From Octopus sinensis (taxonomy: Eukaryota), in assembly GCF_006345805.1 (NCBI RefSeq), contig NC_043010.1, forward strand, positions 63,674,001-63,738,000: 64,000 bases of DNA. The letters are read 5' to 3'. Each line of letters begins with the position of its first letter. Position 1 is the first letter of the stretch. The notes beneath the pieces are model-generated. The model was not told where the DNA came from. It made no database searches and saw only the letters and a list, made by a program, of their open reading frames with translations. Below are positions 14,765 through 28,169 of the stretch, in pieces. The translations under genes and the position numbers were made by a program.

Positions 14765-14983
14765 GTTTGGTGTATAAAAATTACACTTTAAATTAACTGA
14801 AGGGTTACTCAATACTTTTTAAGTAGAATATTCTATTATATTTCTACAAGGAAAAAGTTGATTTCCAAGTCTCGACTTAGTTGCCTCCATCAGTCTGTTC
14901 AGGTCAACTAAATTAAAACTTCGAAGTCCCTGCATCGTCTTTGCCTTGTAAAAATAATATATACACACATAACAATTATAATA

Positions 14984-15016
<33 letters not shown>

Positions 15017-15176
15017 TATTATATATATATATATATGCATACATATACATACATATACATAAATACATACATGCATACATAAATACATACATATACATAA
15101 ATACATAATGCATACAAAGATATATATATATATAATATATATATATTACATACATACATATATATATATATATATG

Positions 15177-15231
<55 letters not shown>

Positions 15232-15299
15232 ATATATATATATGTGCATGCATGCATACTACATACACACACACAATTATATATTATAATATGCACATG

Positions 15300-15353
<54 letters not shown>

Positions 15354-15602
15354 TATATATATATATATATATATATGGGTATATATATATATATATGCAT
15401 ACATACATACATACATATATATATAGAGAGAGAGAGAACACAAACATATATGAAAGTAAATCAAAATATGATGATTCATGAGGGATTGTTATAAAATATT
15501 TAGTAAGACAATTGTATATTTCATGAAGAAGTAATAATTATTCGTATTCTGTCACACTGTATAAAATAAATATATAAATATATATATATATGTATACAAT
15601 AT

Positions 15603-15639
<37 letters not shown>

Positions 15640-15727
15640 ATATATATGTGTGTGTGTGTATGTGTATATATATGCATACATACACACACACACACATATA
15701 TATATGTATATATGTGTGTATTGTGTG

Positions 15728-15791
<64 letters not shown>

Positions 15792-15864
15792 GACAGAGAA
15801 GAGGAAAATGATTGAAACAAGTAAAAGAATGACAGAATACAAGAATATGTGTATGTGTGTGTGT

Positions 15865-15928
<64 letters not shown>

Positions 15929-15973
15929 CATACATACATATATATATTTATGTATATATATACACACACACAG

Positions 15974-16115
<142 letters not shown>

Positions 16116-16328
16116 ATATATAGTTGAAACTTACAGGAAAACAAAAAACGAAGACAGGTATATATATATATAAATATATATAAACACACACTCATATATA
16201 TAATGAACAGGGGAGATACAAATATAACTCAAAAGTAACAGTTTTATATATGACAGTTATCAAACTTGTAAGTTCCATCCATACATAAAACTCTCATCCC
16301 TTGAATCATTTTTGTAACTTTTAGCAAT

Positions 16329-16385
<57 letters not shown>

Positions 16386-16394
16386 ATTGCCTGA

Positions 16395-16593
16395 TCAGAC
16401 TGGGCCTGGTGCAGCCTTCTGGCTTCCCAGACCCGGTTGAACCGTCCAACCCATGCTAGCATGGAAAGCGGACGCTAAACGACGACGATGATGATATATC
16501 ATCACCATCATCATCGTTTTTCGTCTGCTTTCCATGCTACCAGGGGTTGGACGGTTCAGCTGAGGTCTGGGAAGCCAGAAGGTTGCACCAGGC

Positions 16594-16596
<3 letters not shown>
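16395..16596. mobile_element. Tail-to-tail inverted pair of family C elements
   Basis: 16395-16495 (+) and 16498-16596 (-) form a palindrome of about 200 bp centred on gatatatc. Confidence 0.9.
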
Positions 16597-16637
<41 letters not shown>

Positions 16638-17455
16638 ATATTTAAACGTGGACAAAAATGTTATGGTCATAAATTACAGGTAAAGACAAGGATAAACAGG
16701 GGTTTATCAGGAATCAAAATTTAAGGAAAACAGAAAATGAAAGTAGCATAAATAAATAATAATTGATGCAAAACAAATGTTGTTCATCAATGTTATCTTC
16801 ATTTTCTATTTTTTTTATATATACATATATATATATACATATATATATATACATATATATATATACACATATACACACTCACATACACATTCGTGTATTG
16901 AACTCTATTTCAGTAAATGTAAATAAAATGTAGGTCTTATTTTTCTATATATGAAGAGAAGAACAAGAGCAATTTAGATTTGTTTACTTCCCACAGCACA
17001 GGTATTGCAATATGAATTTGTAAATATACACATTCTTATAGATGGTGTTTGTGCACAAAATACTGATGAAGTATATATATATATATATATACATCTATAC
17101 ATAAATACATATATGTGTGTGTGTTTGTGTGTGTGAGTACATGTTTGCATTTCTATACATTTGTGAACATACTTAAAACATAAGATAAATCCACACACAT
17201 ATTTACAGATGGTATATACATATGTATGCATGTATGTATGTATATATGCATGTATGTATGCATGTATGTGTGTGTGTGAGTGTGTGTGTGTGTGTACATA
17301 TATGTTTTGGTTCCTCTGAAGTTCCATTCTTTTCTTATTGGTGTTGACTTAACAAAGGTTCAAGGGGAGCATCAGATACATCATTCTCACCTGTTTGGAA
17401 GGGGTCTGTGAAAGCCCCTTTCTTCAAGCAGAGCATGTATAAAGTATAAAGAAAT

Positions 17456-17519
<64 letters not shown>

Positions 17520-17789
17520 TGCATATATAGATATACATACATTTGTATACACATATACATACTCATATATATACATGTAGATAAGTGTGTACATTTGTAT
17601 ATACAACAGATGTATGTGACAGTTTTATATTTATTTAGTAATTTGTATATGGCTTGAAACTGGTCTTTTAAGTGTGACATCCTAAACACTTAGATGACCA
17701 CCACCATCGACTGGAACATGACCAGGACCCAGTCTTAATTATTGATAGTGAGACCTTTGTCACAAACAGCTTAACATCTGGTGAGTTTC

Positions 17790-19460
17790 TCTCTGATTGC
17801 TCCATTCTAGAAATAACAGCTGAGTTACCCTCAAATTCAAACTGTCTTAAAAAGGAAAATACATGTTATACAATCTTGTCACAGATACAGGATACCTGGG
17901 GAAAAAAATGATGGAATGGTTATGGTTGGAAGGCTTTTGATCATAGCCCTCTTCCATCTAGTGTGACCCAGTGTTAAACAACTATAACAGCTAATCACAA
18001 TAACAACAACATCAACTACAAACAACAATAATAATCATCTTATGACAGTTGCTCATTTTTTGTCATTTTTTCATGTACTGGGGTAACTGACACAAATAAT
18101 CTACAATTTAAGGGCGAGAGTGATATGTGAGTTTGTGGTGTTCATGCTTTCTCCAATATATCTTTGGTAGCATTCATTCCTCTGGCTTCTATCAGTGGAC
18201 TGTGGTAATGTTGATTTACCAAAAAAAAAAAAAAAAACAAGACCTTGAAGGGTTTTAGCTGGATATGATGGGCCTCCCCCACTATCTAACTGGTACCTCA
18301 CATGGATGAAAGGCAAAGTCCATCAAGGTAATAAAACACATAAACCAAAATAATCGGCTTGGATTGAGAATTGAAACTGGGTTGTGAACTCGACTGGGTG
18401 GGGGTGTGGTAGGGAAGATGCACCTACTATGTATGCTGTAGTGCACACCATACAGTCTATGATAATTAAATCTACTACATGAGTGACCTGGAGCAACTGT
18501 AATTCCTGCAGTAGTAGTAATAGTAGTAGTAGTAGTAGTAACAACAACAACATCAAGAAGCTAACAAGGGAGCCTATACACTGTCACTCTAACTATTAGA
18601 AAAAACAGCCAGATTTGCCTCAAAATCACATATTATTTTAAAGAGAGAGTGTGTTGTTAGAGAAGGCCATTTCTTGGTAATGCAAAAATGACGGAATGGT
18701 CACGGCTGGAATCGTTTCGATCGTTAGTCTGCTCAAGCAGTATTTACCTGGGGTTCATCAACAACAACATCAATAATAACAACAACAACAACAACAATGT
18801 TGGTTCAGTAATTAGAAGACTTAGTGTTTGGGTTAAGAAAGGACAGGTAATTTTGAAAGAGATGTTAAATGGATAATGAATAGAGGTGATGACGACGACG
18901 ATGATGATGGTGGTGGTGGTGTTAGTGATGTTTTTTGTCGTGAATGGTGGTGGTGCTGGTGATGGCGTAATTACCTTGGCATTGATAAATGATGATGATG
19001 ATGATGTGGTGGTGGTGGTGGTGGTCATGGCTGTGGTAGGATATTCGTGGACTGTTTGTGATGGTGATGATGATGATGATTGTGGTTGTTTTTGTTTTGA
19101 TTATGATGTCTTTAAGTTATACCATGTAGCAGGTTGTTTGCTCTCGGTATTAACAAGATTTTCTTTTTCATCCCAACCAGAAACTGTACAAATAAGGTGG
19201 AGGCAGTGTTGTTGTTGGTGGTGTTGTTTGTACTGGTAGTGATTCGTAGTAATGATATTGTTATTGCATAGCCCCAGGTCAGTTCCGAGAGAGCAGATCA
19301 ATGATCAGTAGCATTCCAACCGTGACCATCACGTGTAATAAGGGTAACAAGGACTGCATTATCTCATATGTCCCTTCCTTTTTTAAGACAGTAGGGATGT
19401 ATTTTAAGTGATATTTGGCTGCTATTTCTAACAGTTCGAGCGACTATCTAGAGATTCTCT
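17790..19460. repeat. Cluster of an old dispersed repeat with (CAA)n tail, plus (GAT/GGT/AAC)n tracts
   Basis: Motifs ctagaaatagcagccaaat and ctttgatcatag...ggggctaaacaacaac recur at about 17790-18000, 18590-18800 and 19265-19460. They also occur near 24930-25350, 26950-27470, 29615-29830, 34400-34570, 47975-48200 and 62990. Confidence 0.65.
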
Positions 19461-21807
19461 TAGTGATGTCGGTGGTTGTGGTGAGAAGTTGGTGAAAATT
19501 TTTTTTAAAAGTGAAAATGTAAATGAAAAATAAATTGAAAAAGTAAGAAAAAGAAATTTTTGAAAATGTAAATATAAAAAGAGGGAAAGAGAGAGACAAG
19601 TGAAAGAGATTTAGAAAGTGAAAGAAAGAACTGTGCAAAGTAAACGAAATGGATTGGGGAGGAGGAAATTTAGAGAGAAAGAGTGGGAGAAGGAAATTGT
19701 GATAGATATGTAGATATTAAACGAGAGGGAGAGGGTGAAATGGTAAGATTATTAGAAACCAACCTGGGCAGCGGTGAGAGGGGGGTTGTTTCTATATACA
19801 TATATATATAGAGAGGCAGTTATATATACATATACACACCGTAGGAATGAAACATCAGCTTACTGTGTCATCGTAATAGGTATAAGGGAGCTTTGAGTAA
19901 GTGGAGACAGCAATACTGGGAGCAGGGGGAGATAAGGAGAAGACGCACAGACAGACCAGACCTAAGGTTTTATTTACTGAATTTTTTTACAAGAAAGTTT
20001 CAATGACTCAGTTGCCAAAGGGGAGGGGCAACATAAACAAAGAGGAGGTAATTCGTCACATAGACCAACTATTTTTCTGCTTCGCCGTCATGGCTGCCGA
20101 GATAGATTTACCGTATAGCCTTAGTTTTTGGGAGGGATAATATATTGTTAAATTGCTTCTAAGTTTATTTTGAAGCTAAGGTATAAAGGCTTATTTGTTA
20201 TTGTTTCGTTTCCAAAAACAAAAAGTAATATGATTTGTTATTTCGGTAAAGAAAACATCAATTTCCACGGCAAGTTTCAAGTTTGCATGCGATATCCGGA
20301 ATTGTTTGTGTGGAAGGGACTAAAATAATGTTACACCGTCTGCATTGTTCTGCTCTTACATGTTTTAGTAAAAAACAAAACAAAAGGAATTCTGCTCAAA
20401 AAACAAACAAAAAACGTGACATTGTGCTGCATCGTTTTTTGGCAACTGCTTTTCATTGTCGTAAGACCAATCTGACACCTAATTACTGTTAATTAACCGC
20501 ATATATTATCTATTTACTCAAACTTAGACTCGCAAGACCAAAAAACATTATATGGGGATTCAAAGCAATGATGCAAGATATGTTTTTTAGATTATTTTTG
20601 ATAAAATAATTAACATAATCTTTTCAGGTAGTAAAATTATACCTGTTGTGGGTTTTTTGTTGTAAATTCGCATATATTTTAAATTAATAATAAATTACTA
20701 ATTAATGTTGGTAAGATGTTCTGGTTTATTATTATTATCATTATTTATATTATTATTATTGTTGTTGTTATTATTATCATTATTATTCATGTAAAATAAT
20801 TTTTTTCCAGTGTGAAATATTTCATTGTACTTTCTACATTTCTCTCACCCGATTATGCATATCCGTGTCTATGTGTCTGATTCTTTTCTTTCTATTTTTT
20901 CTTTGTAAATGTAGTTTTTTTCCTTCAATACACACACACACACATATATATACACACACACACACACACATTTTCATACATACACTCAATTGCATATATC
21001 ACAGAGCGATGAAGAGGTGGAGGGTAAAAAAAAATCATACCGAAAAAATATATTTATAAAGTTGGCAAAATAAAATACAATAAAATATTTAAAAGTAACA
21101 AGTGCGTGGGACGAGTATTGTTGTGATATTTATTCTGGAAATTAATCAAAATCTTGCAATTTGAAAGCTTTTGTGTTCCAGTGTCGTTAAGTCACTTATT
21201 TACATTTCGATTTTTGGCATCATTCCTAGTTTCACTTTTGTGTCACTTATTTTTTTACCGTTGTCGCCTGCTTTTTTATTGTTTTATTTTATTATCATTT
21301 ACCACTTTCTTGTGCATTAATTTGTCCTTTCGTGTCTATTGAGTTGTGAAGACACTGCTGTCGGCTGCCTGTTTCATTATGCTACAGAGTTTTGTGTTCC
21401 TCTGTGTCATAGTTTTTACTCCTTTTCTTTCTTTGTGTTTCTGATAAATACATTCAAAAAACATAATTTATTTACAGACATTACACTGGCGCAGACGAAC
21501 ACACATACACAATCACCCTCGCGAAACACATACGATGTTAAAGCTTTACCTTTGAAGACATGAAAAAGTTATAATTTTTATTTTTTTAAGTTAGCGAATA
21601 ATTTTGAAATATATCGTCCTGTGAAAACTGTATTTTGCACAACTTAGTTAGCAATTACTAATTGTTAATTTATAATAACGTAATTTATTTTCTCACTTTC
21701 GATTGAAGTGCCAACTTGCAACTTTTTGTTATGAGATTATATCATACAGATATACCTATTTTGAAAATGAATTATATACATATATATATGTGCAGTTGTT
21801 TGTTTCA

Positions 21808-21865
<58 letters not shown>

Positions 21866-21956
21866 TTACACAAAATACATCTATTCAAAGTATATAAGAA
21901 AGAGAGATGACAATGAATAAATGATTAGCCTGAAATAAATTGCACTTCATATTCAA

Positions 21957-22035
21957 GGCTCCGATGAAGCTATAACGTGTTATTTAGGCACTCAACTATG
22001 AATCCACTGCATCTTAGCAGAAACATCGGTAAGCC
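21957..22035 (+). ncRNA. Minimal type I hammerhead-like motif (one core substitution)
   Basis: GGCT-CCGATGA-A-GCTA...TAGC-A-GAAA-C-atcg-G-TA-AGCC. Stem I, stem II and the GUA cleavage triplet are present; core U4 is C. Confidence 0.5.
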
Positions 22036-22190
22036 AAAGAAGTTCAAAAGATAATCATTTATTTTTTTGTCATCTCTGTTTCTTATTACTGCTCTATATT
22101 CAACTGACACCCCTTTCTGAAACATACGTGTAGTGAGTTCTACACCAGGTTATTAGGTTATTAATCTTGCAATGCCTAAGCGATATATAT

Positions 22191-22510
22191 AAGTCCCGGG
22201 TTCGAGTTGCTCGATTAAAGGAGGTGCTCCAGCATGGCCTTTAATCGAGTTATTCTTTTGTAAGCCCAGTCTCTTTTGCCGAACCGCTAGTAACGGGGAC
22301 ATAAACACACCAGCATCGGTTGTTAACAGAGACACACAAACACACACACACGCATATATATGTACATATATACGACGGGCTTCTTTCAGTTTCCGTCTAC
22401 GGCCCGAGGCTATAGTAGAAGAAACTTGCCCAATGTGCTACGCAGTGGGACTGAACCCGGAACCATGTGGTTGGTAAACAAGCTACTTACCACACAGCCA
22501 CTCCTGCGCC
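22191..22510 (-). mobile_element. Rearranged family A SINE with inverted 3' segment
   Basis: 22191-22239 is in the opposite orientation to 22250-22510; internal deletions. Confidence 0.8.
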
Positions 22511-24138
22511 TATATGTTTATCATACATGTATGTATATATATATATATATATGAGATCATGTATATTTGTGTGTATGTATTGAGCATTCTTAATTAAAAT
22601 TCAACACGTTTACTAGTCACAGAGGGCATTCACAATCCTCTCATAGATCTAATGTATTGCTTTTTACATTGTTGTTGTATTGTTTGTGTGATGGTCAAAT
22701 ATGGTGTTGGTAAGTGTTTTAAGTATGACAGTTGTGAAGATATTGTATGTAATTCAGTATTTTAAACCTGTGTATTATCATATTAACGTCAACTTATCCA
22801 TAACTGCTTGGGTTAGATGGAATTCATTGAGGCGGATTTTCTATAACCAAACGCCTTTCCTGTTGCCAACCCTTATCTTTTTCCAAACATGGTAATATTT
22901 CTCCGTGTCCAAAGGTGACAAACTGGTAGAATCGTTAGTTCACCAGGCAAAAGGCTTAGTAGTATTTTGTCCAATGCCGCCAGGGTTGACTTTCCTTATC
23001 ATTTTTTTCGGGGTTGGTAAGTACCCCTTGAGCACAGGGTTGATTTAATCAGCTTACCCCTTTCCCCTAAATTGCTGGCTTTGTGCTAAAATTTGAAATC
23101 AATATTTCACTATGACCTGATTTGTTTTCACAGAAGGTTGGAAATGAAAGACTTTGGTGGCGCTCATTTATACACACACAAACACACACCTGACAGGTTT
23201 CTTTCAGTTTCTATCTACCAAACCTACTCACAAGGCTTTCAGGACTTTGATCAGTCCAAGACTATAGTAGGCAGCACTTGGCTCCCTGAGGTGCCACACA
23301 TTGGGACTGAACCCAAAATCATGTAACTGGGAAGCAAGCTTTTGAGCCACTGAGCCATGCCCTCACCTATATGAATATGGTAAAATAATAAGTAAATGTT
23401 TTTCAGTTGGTTTTAAGATTGAGGGTTCAACTATTTGATCAGCTGAATTATCTGCTCCCTTAATTTACATATAATGTCTTTTAACATTGTTTCAGGTCAG
23501 GTCAAACCTTGTGAATGAAACTGGCCTGACAGAAACTATACTGAAGCCTATTAGATTGATTGTAGCCATACACAAATGTACAGCTTTCTCACGCTTTGTG
23601 TCAAGCTCATCAGTCGATCAAATAGCTGAACTCTTAATCTGCCTGTATTAATGGTAACCATGTCTGTAGTGTTCCAGTCATGGCCATCCTGCTTTTCTTT
23701 ATAAACAATTTAGTGCAAATAACATTTTCTAAAACACCCCCCCCCCACTGTCCCTCATTTTGCAATTACTATCATTTATTACTCTCAATTATTCTCTCTT
23801 TATCACTTTGCACTTTTTGCTTTTTCTCACCCATTTCTCACCGTCTTTACACCCTGCCCCATCCCCATATTCTTTCTCCTCCCCCACACCCATTCATCTT
23901 CTGCCCTACATACTCTTGTTGGTCTCATTTTCCCAGGCAGAGACAGGGTACAGTGGCAAGGACTCCTTTTTTTGTATTGCAGAGTATAAGTAAACTCCAC
24001 TAGTGCTGGTGCCATGCTAAAACATCCAGATCTCTTTTTGGAAGATGATTGTTTAATAGGTACTGTCTTTAGTACCTCCTTTCTGAGGACATAACAACCT
24101 ATCTAGTATTGGTGCCATGATAAGCTACTAAAATACAA

Positions 24139-24556
24139 TCTATTTCTTTACTACTCACAAGGGGCTAAACACAGAGGGGACAAACAAGGACAGACAAACG
24201 GATTAAGTTGATTACATTGACCCCAGCACGTAACTGGTACTTATTTAATCAACCCCGAAAGGATGAAAGGCAAAGTCGACCTTGCCTGAATTTGAACTCA
24301 GAACGTAATGGCAGACGAAATACCTATTTCTTTACTACCCACAAGGGGCTAAAAACAGAGATGACAAGCAAGGACAGACAAACGGATTAAGTTGATTACA
24401 TCAGCCCCAGTAGGTAACTGGTATTTATTTAATCAACCCCAAAAGGATGAAAGGCAAAGTCGACCTCGGTGGAATTTGAACTCAGAATGTAGCGGCAGAC
24501 GAAATACCGCTAAGCATTTTGCCTGGCGTGCTAACGTTTCTGCCAGCTCACCACCT
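24139..24556 (-). mobile_element. Family B SINE with tandemly duplicated 3' body
   Basis: Two copies of about 185 bp (24139-24323 and 24324-24508) under a single head. Confidence 0.9.
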
Positions 24557-25664
24557 TATTTTTGCCAGCTCTCTTACTAAAATACAATCTCTAAAGAGGT
24601 TGGTGTTTGGAAGCCAAAATAAACCATATGAGGTGTGCCGTAGTTTAGATAGAAAGGGCTGGGGAGTAGGGACAGGCAGCTTTTCTGGTGACAACATCTT
24701 TGGGTCCGTGCAACGTGTTTTTTGTGGTGACCCAGGGATGGGGTTGCCAACTAAGGGCTACCCCAGGCAACACATATTCTAGCTACTACATCCCTGCATG
24801 ATGAGTGACACCTGGTTTCCTGATTGATCTGCCTTGTACTATTACTGCTAACATGGAAAACTGATATAAATTGATGTTGGTGAGATAAAAGACATCCCAT
24901 ATGTGCTTCTTTTTTGAAAGGCAGTACTATGTAAATTTGAGAGGGATTTGGCTGTTACTTCCAGCATGTTGAGCAACCTATCAGGTTTTATTGCTCTTAT
25001 TGTTTAAGAGACCTTTGAGGAAAAGTATTCCAACTATGACTTTGACATTTAGCTTTCTGACCTAATTATTTAGCATCCAATGTGTCCTGTTTTTTTAAGG
25101 CAATTGGGTGTGATTTGAGGAAATTTGGCTGCTATTACTAACAGGTAGAGCAACCACATTAGAGTCTCTCTTGTTGGTTCAGAAATGATATTTTGTGCTC
25201 AAGTAGAAATATTATTAAAGACATTCCATCCATGGCCATGTCACCTTTTTGTAGTAATATCCAGGACTATATTATTTGTGTCTTGAGTTTTTTTTTTAAA
25301 TGGTAAGGTTTGCAGGAAAGACTGCTTCTACTTCTAGCAGTTCGAGTGGCCACCTAGAAACTCTCTTCATTGGCTTGTTGCTAAAAGGTGTTGGAGGTGG
25401 TTGTGATGGTGGTGTTGGTCTTGGGTCTAGTGGTGGAGATGTTCGAGGAGGTGATGGTGGCTGTGAGTGTAGGGGGTGGTGGAGTGAAGTAATGCTACTG
25501 TTATTCAGATATGTTGACATTGTTTCCTGCTGTCCTGTCTGTCTGTCTGTCTGTTTGTCTCTCTTGCCAACATATTCTTTCGGCTTTCTTGCTAATGTGC
25601 ATCTTTGCTTTTGTTGCATGTGTGTGTCCATATATATGTTTGTATGTGTGTGTGTGTGTGTGTG

Positions 25665-26090
25665 TGTACAGGTATGCATGAAACCATGCATCTGAGTGTC
25701 AGTATCAGCGTGCACATGAATATATGTATGTATGTATGTGTGTGTGTGTATATGTGTGTCTATGTAAGCACATTCATTTTTGTTAGTGTAGATGTGTGCA
25801 CATGTACACACACATCTGTGTATGTGCATGTGTGTGTATTAGATATGTGTGAAGTCATGCATCTCTGAATGTGTGTGTGTGTACAGGTATGTGTGAAACC
25901 ACACATCTGTGTTTCAGTATCAGTGTGCATATGTATATGTGTGTATGTGTGTGTGTGTGTGTGTCTATGTAAGCACATTCATTTGTGTTAGTGTAGGTGT
26001 GTGCACATGTACACATACATCTGTGTATGTTCATGTGTGTGTATTAGATATGTGTGAAGTCATGCATCTCTGAATGTGTGTGTGTGTGTG
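25665..26090. repeat. Tandem duplication (about 205-215 bp) of TG-rich sequence
   Basis: ctatgtaagcacattcattt...gaagtcatgcatctctgaatgtgtg occurs twice. Confidence 0.85.
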
Positions 26091-26317
26091 TGTGTGTGTA
26101 GTTCACTGGCTGTCATGTAGCACGGTGTGGTTAGTATGTGAATCAGTACTAGTAAGTGACTTCTGGGAAAATCTGTAGCTGACATGTGGCCCACTTCCTG
26201 ATCTTGATGTTGTTGTCATTCTTGTGGTTGTATTGATTTTACAGCTAACCTTCTGTGCTAATGCACTTCATAGTTTTACCTAAGCAGTTTTTTTTAGCTC
26301 ATCACACAATGTGCAGC

Positions 26318-26727
26318 CATCATTATCATCAATGCTCCTCATCTTTGTCGTCGTCATCATCATCATCGTCATCATCATCATCATCATCATCATTACTGTC
26401 ATTCACGATCATCATCACTCTCATCATCGTCGTCATCATCATCATCACCATTATCATCATCATCATCATCATCATCATCACTCTCATCATAATTGTTATT
26501 GCCATCATCATCATCATCATCACCATCAACAGCAGCAGCAGCATTATCATGAACATCAGCACAGTTATTTTCATTGTCATCGTTGATATCACTGTCATTC
26601 ACCATCATCATCATCATCATCATCATCATTGCAATTATCATCATCGATATTGTTATTGTCATCGATATCATCACCTCCATCAATATCGTTATCATTGTTG
26701 GTATTGTTATCATCACTAGCATCACCT

Positions 26728-26765
<38 letters not shown>

Positions 26766-26863
26766 TGCAATTATCATCATCGATATTGTTATTGTCATCG
26801 ATATCATCACCTCCATCAATATTGTTATCATTGTTGGTATTATTATCATCACTAGCATCACCT

Positions 26864-26904
<41 letters not shown>

Positions 26905-26905
26905 T
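26318..26905. repeat. (CAT)n compound microsatellite with a 136-bp tandem duplication
   Basis: attgcaattatcatcatcgatattg...actagcatcaccttc is repeated at a 136-bp offset. Confidence 0.9.
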
Positions 26906-27608
26906 GTTATGCTCATTCACTGAGGGATGATCTTATATGGATACTTGATCTGCTAGAAACAGCTGCCAACTCTCCTTTTGCCATCCTTTAGAAGCTAGGG
27001 ACACACTGGATAATGTAGTCCTAGGTACACAAATTCCTAGGTCAAGGAGAGGGTGGTCATGGCTGGAATGATTTTGATCATAGGTCTGCTTAATCAGGGT
27101 TGTCCTGGGGTTAAACAACAACAGTATCGCCACCATCATCATCATGAACATGATAATGATGATGATCATTACCATCTTGCTAACATGGGTTTGATGGGTT
27201 CAGAAACACATTCCCTTTTTTTCTTTTGTCACCCCTCTTTGTTTACTTTGGAAATTTCTTATTGTATCTGAGCCCTATTTAAAAGTGGACAAACCAATGA
27301 GGGAGCCCTTATGCAACTGATTGACTCACTAGAAATAGCAGCTGCTAAATGATCATTCGTACCCTACCATCTTATAAAAAGAAAAGCAGGGGGAAGACGC
27401 ATTAGATAGTTATGAATATGCTGTTTCTGATCACCCTTTGAATGACTTTGATCAGAACTGACCTCTGGCTACACAAAAATGTTGTTATTGGACAAGGTGA
27501 AATCAATGAGTGGGATAAGATGTAGCTCTGCCATATTATAGATAGCATATGCAAATGTGCCTCAGTTGTTTGGTTATGTCCCTTCCATGAACATTATTTT
27601 ATGATCCA

Positions 27609-28003
27609 TTTACTCTTTTACTTGTTTCAGTCATTTGACTGTGGCCATGCTGGAGCACTGCCTTTAGTCGAGCAAATCGACCCCGGGACTTATTCTTTGT
27701 AAGCCCAGTACTTATTCTATCGGTCTCTTTTGCCGAACCGCTAAGTGACGGGGACGTAAACACACCAGCATCGGTTGTCAAGCAATGCTAGGGGGACAAA
27801 CACAAACACACACACACATATATATACATATACATATGTACGACAGGTTTCTTTCAGTTTCCGTCTACCAAATCCACTCACAAGGCATTGGTCGGCCCGG
27901 GGCTATAGCAGAAGACACTTGCCCATGATGCCATGCAGGGGGACTGAACCCGGAACCATGTGATTGGTTAGCAAGCTACTTACCACACAGCCACTCATGC
28001 GCT
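27609..28003 (-). mobile_element. Family A SINE, full length
   Basis: Collinear with the other copies; same sub-family variants as 41515 and 42283. Confidence 0.92.
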
Positions 28004-28169
28004 TATTTGTCAGCAAATATTCACTGGAATAGTCTGGAACAAAAACTGAAGTAATTCTTTAGACCAGTGGGAATCTTATCAATCTTGGAAGGATTCACTT
28101 TCTATTTTTATTATTGTTAGTCCTCATTACTCTACAGTAGACACGATTTTGGGCTACCTCCTTGATTTC

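Noticed and set aside
17300-17440. Possible minus-strand exon (cag|gtgaga site, short open frame)
   Set aside because: No recognisable protein similarity or partner exons.
26255-26991. His-, Ile-, Asp- and Met-rich ORFs
   Set aside because: (CAT)n microsatellite read in six frames; no splice or codon evidence.
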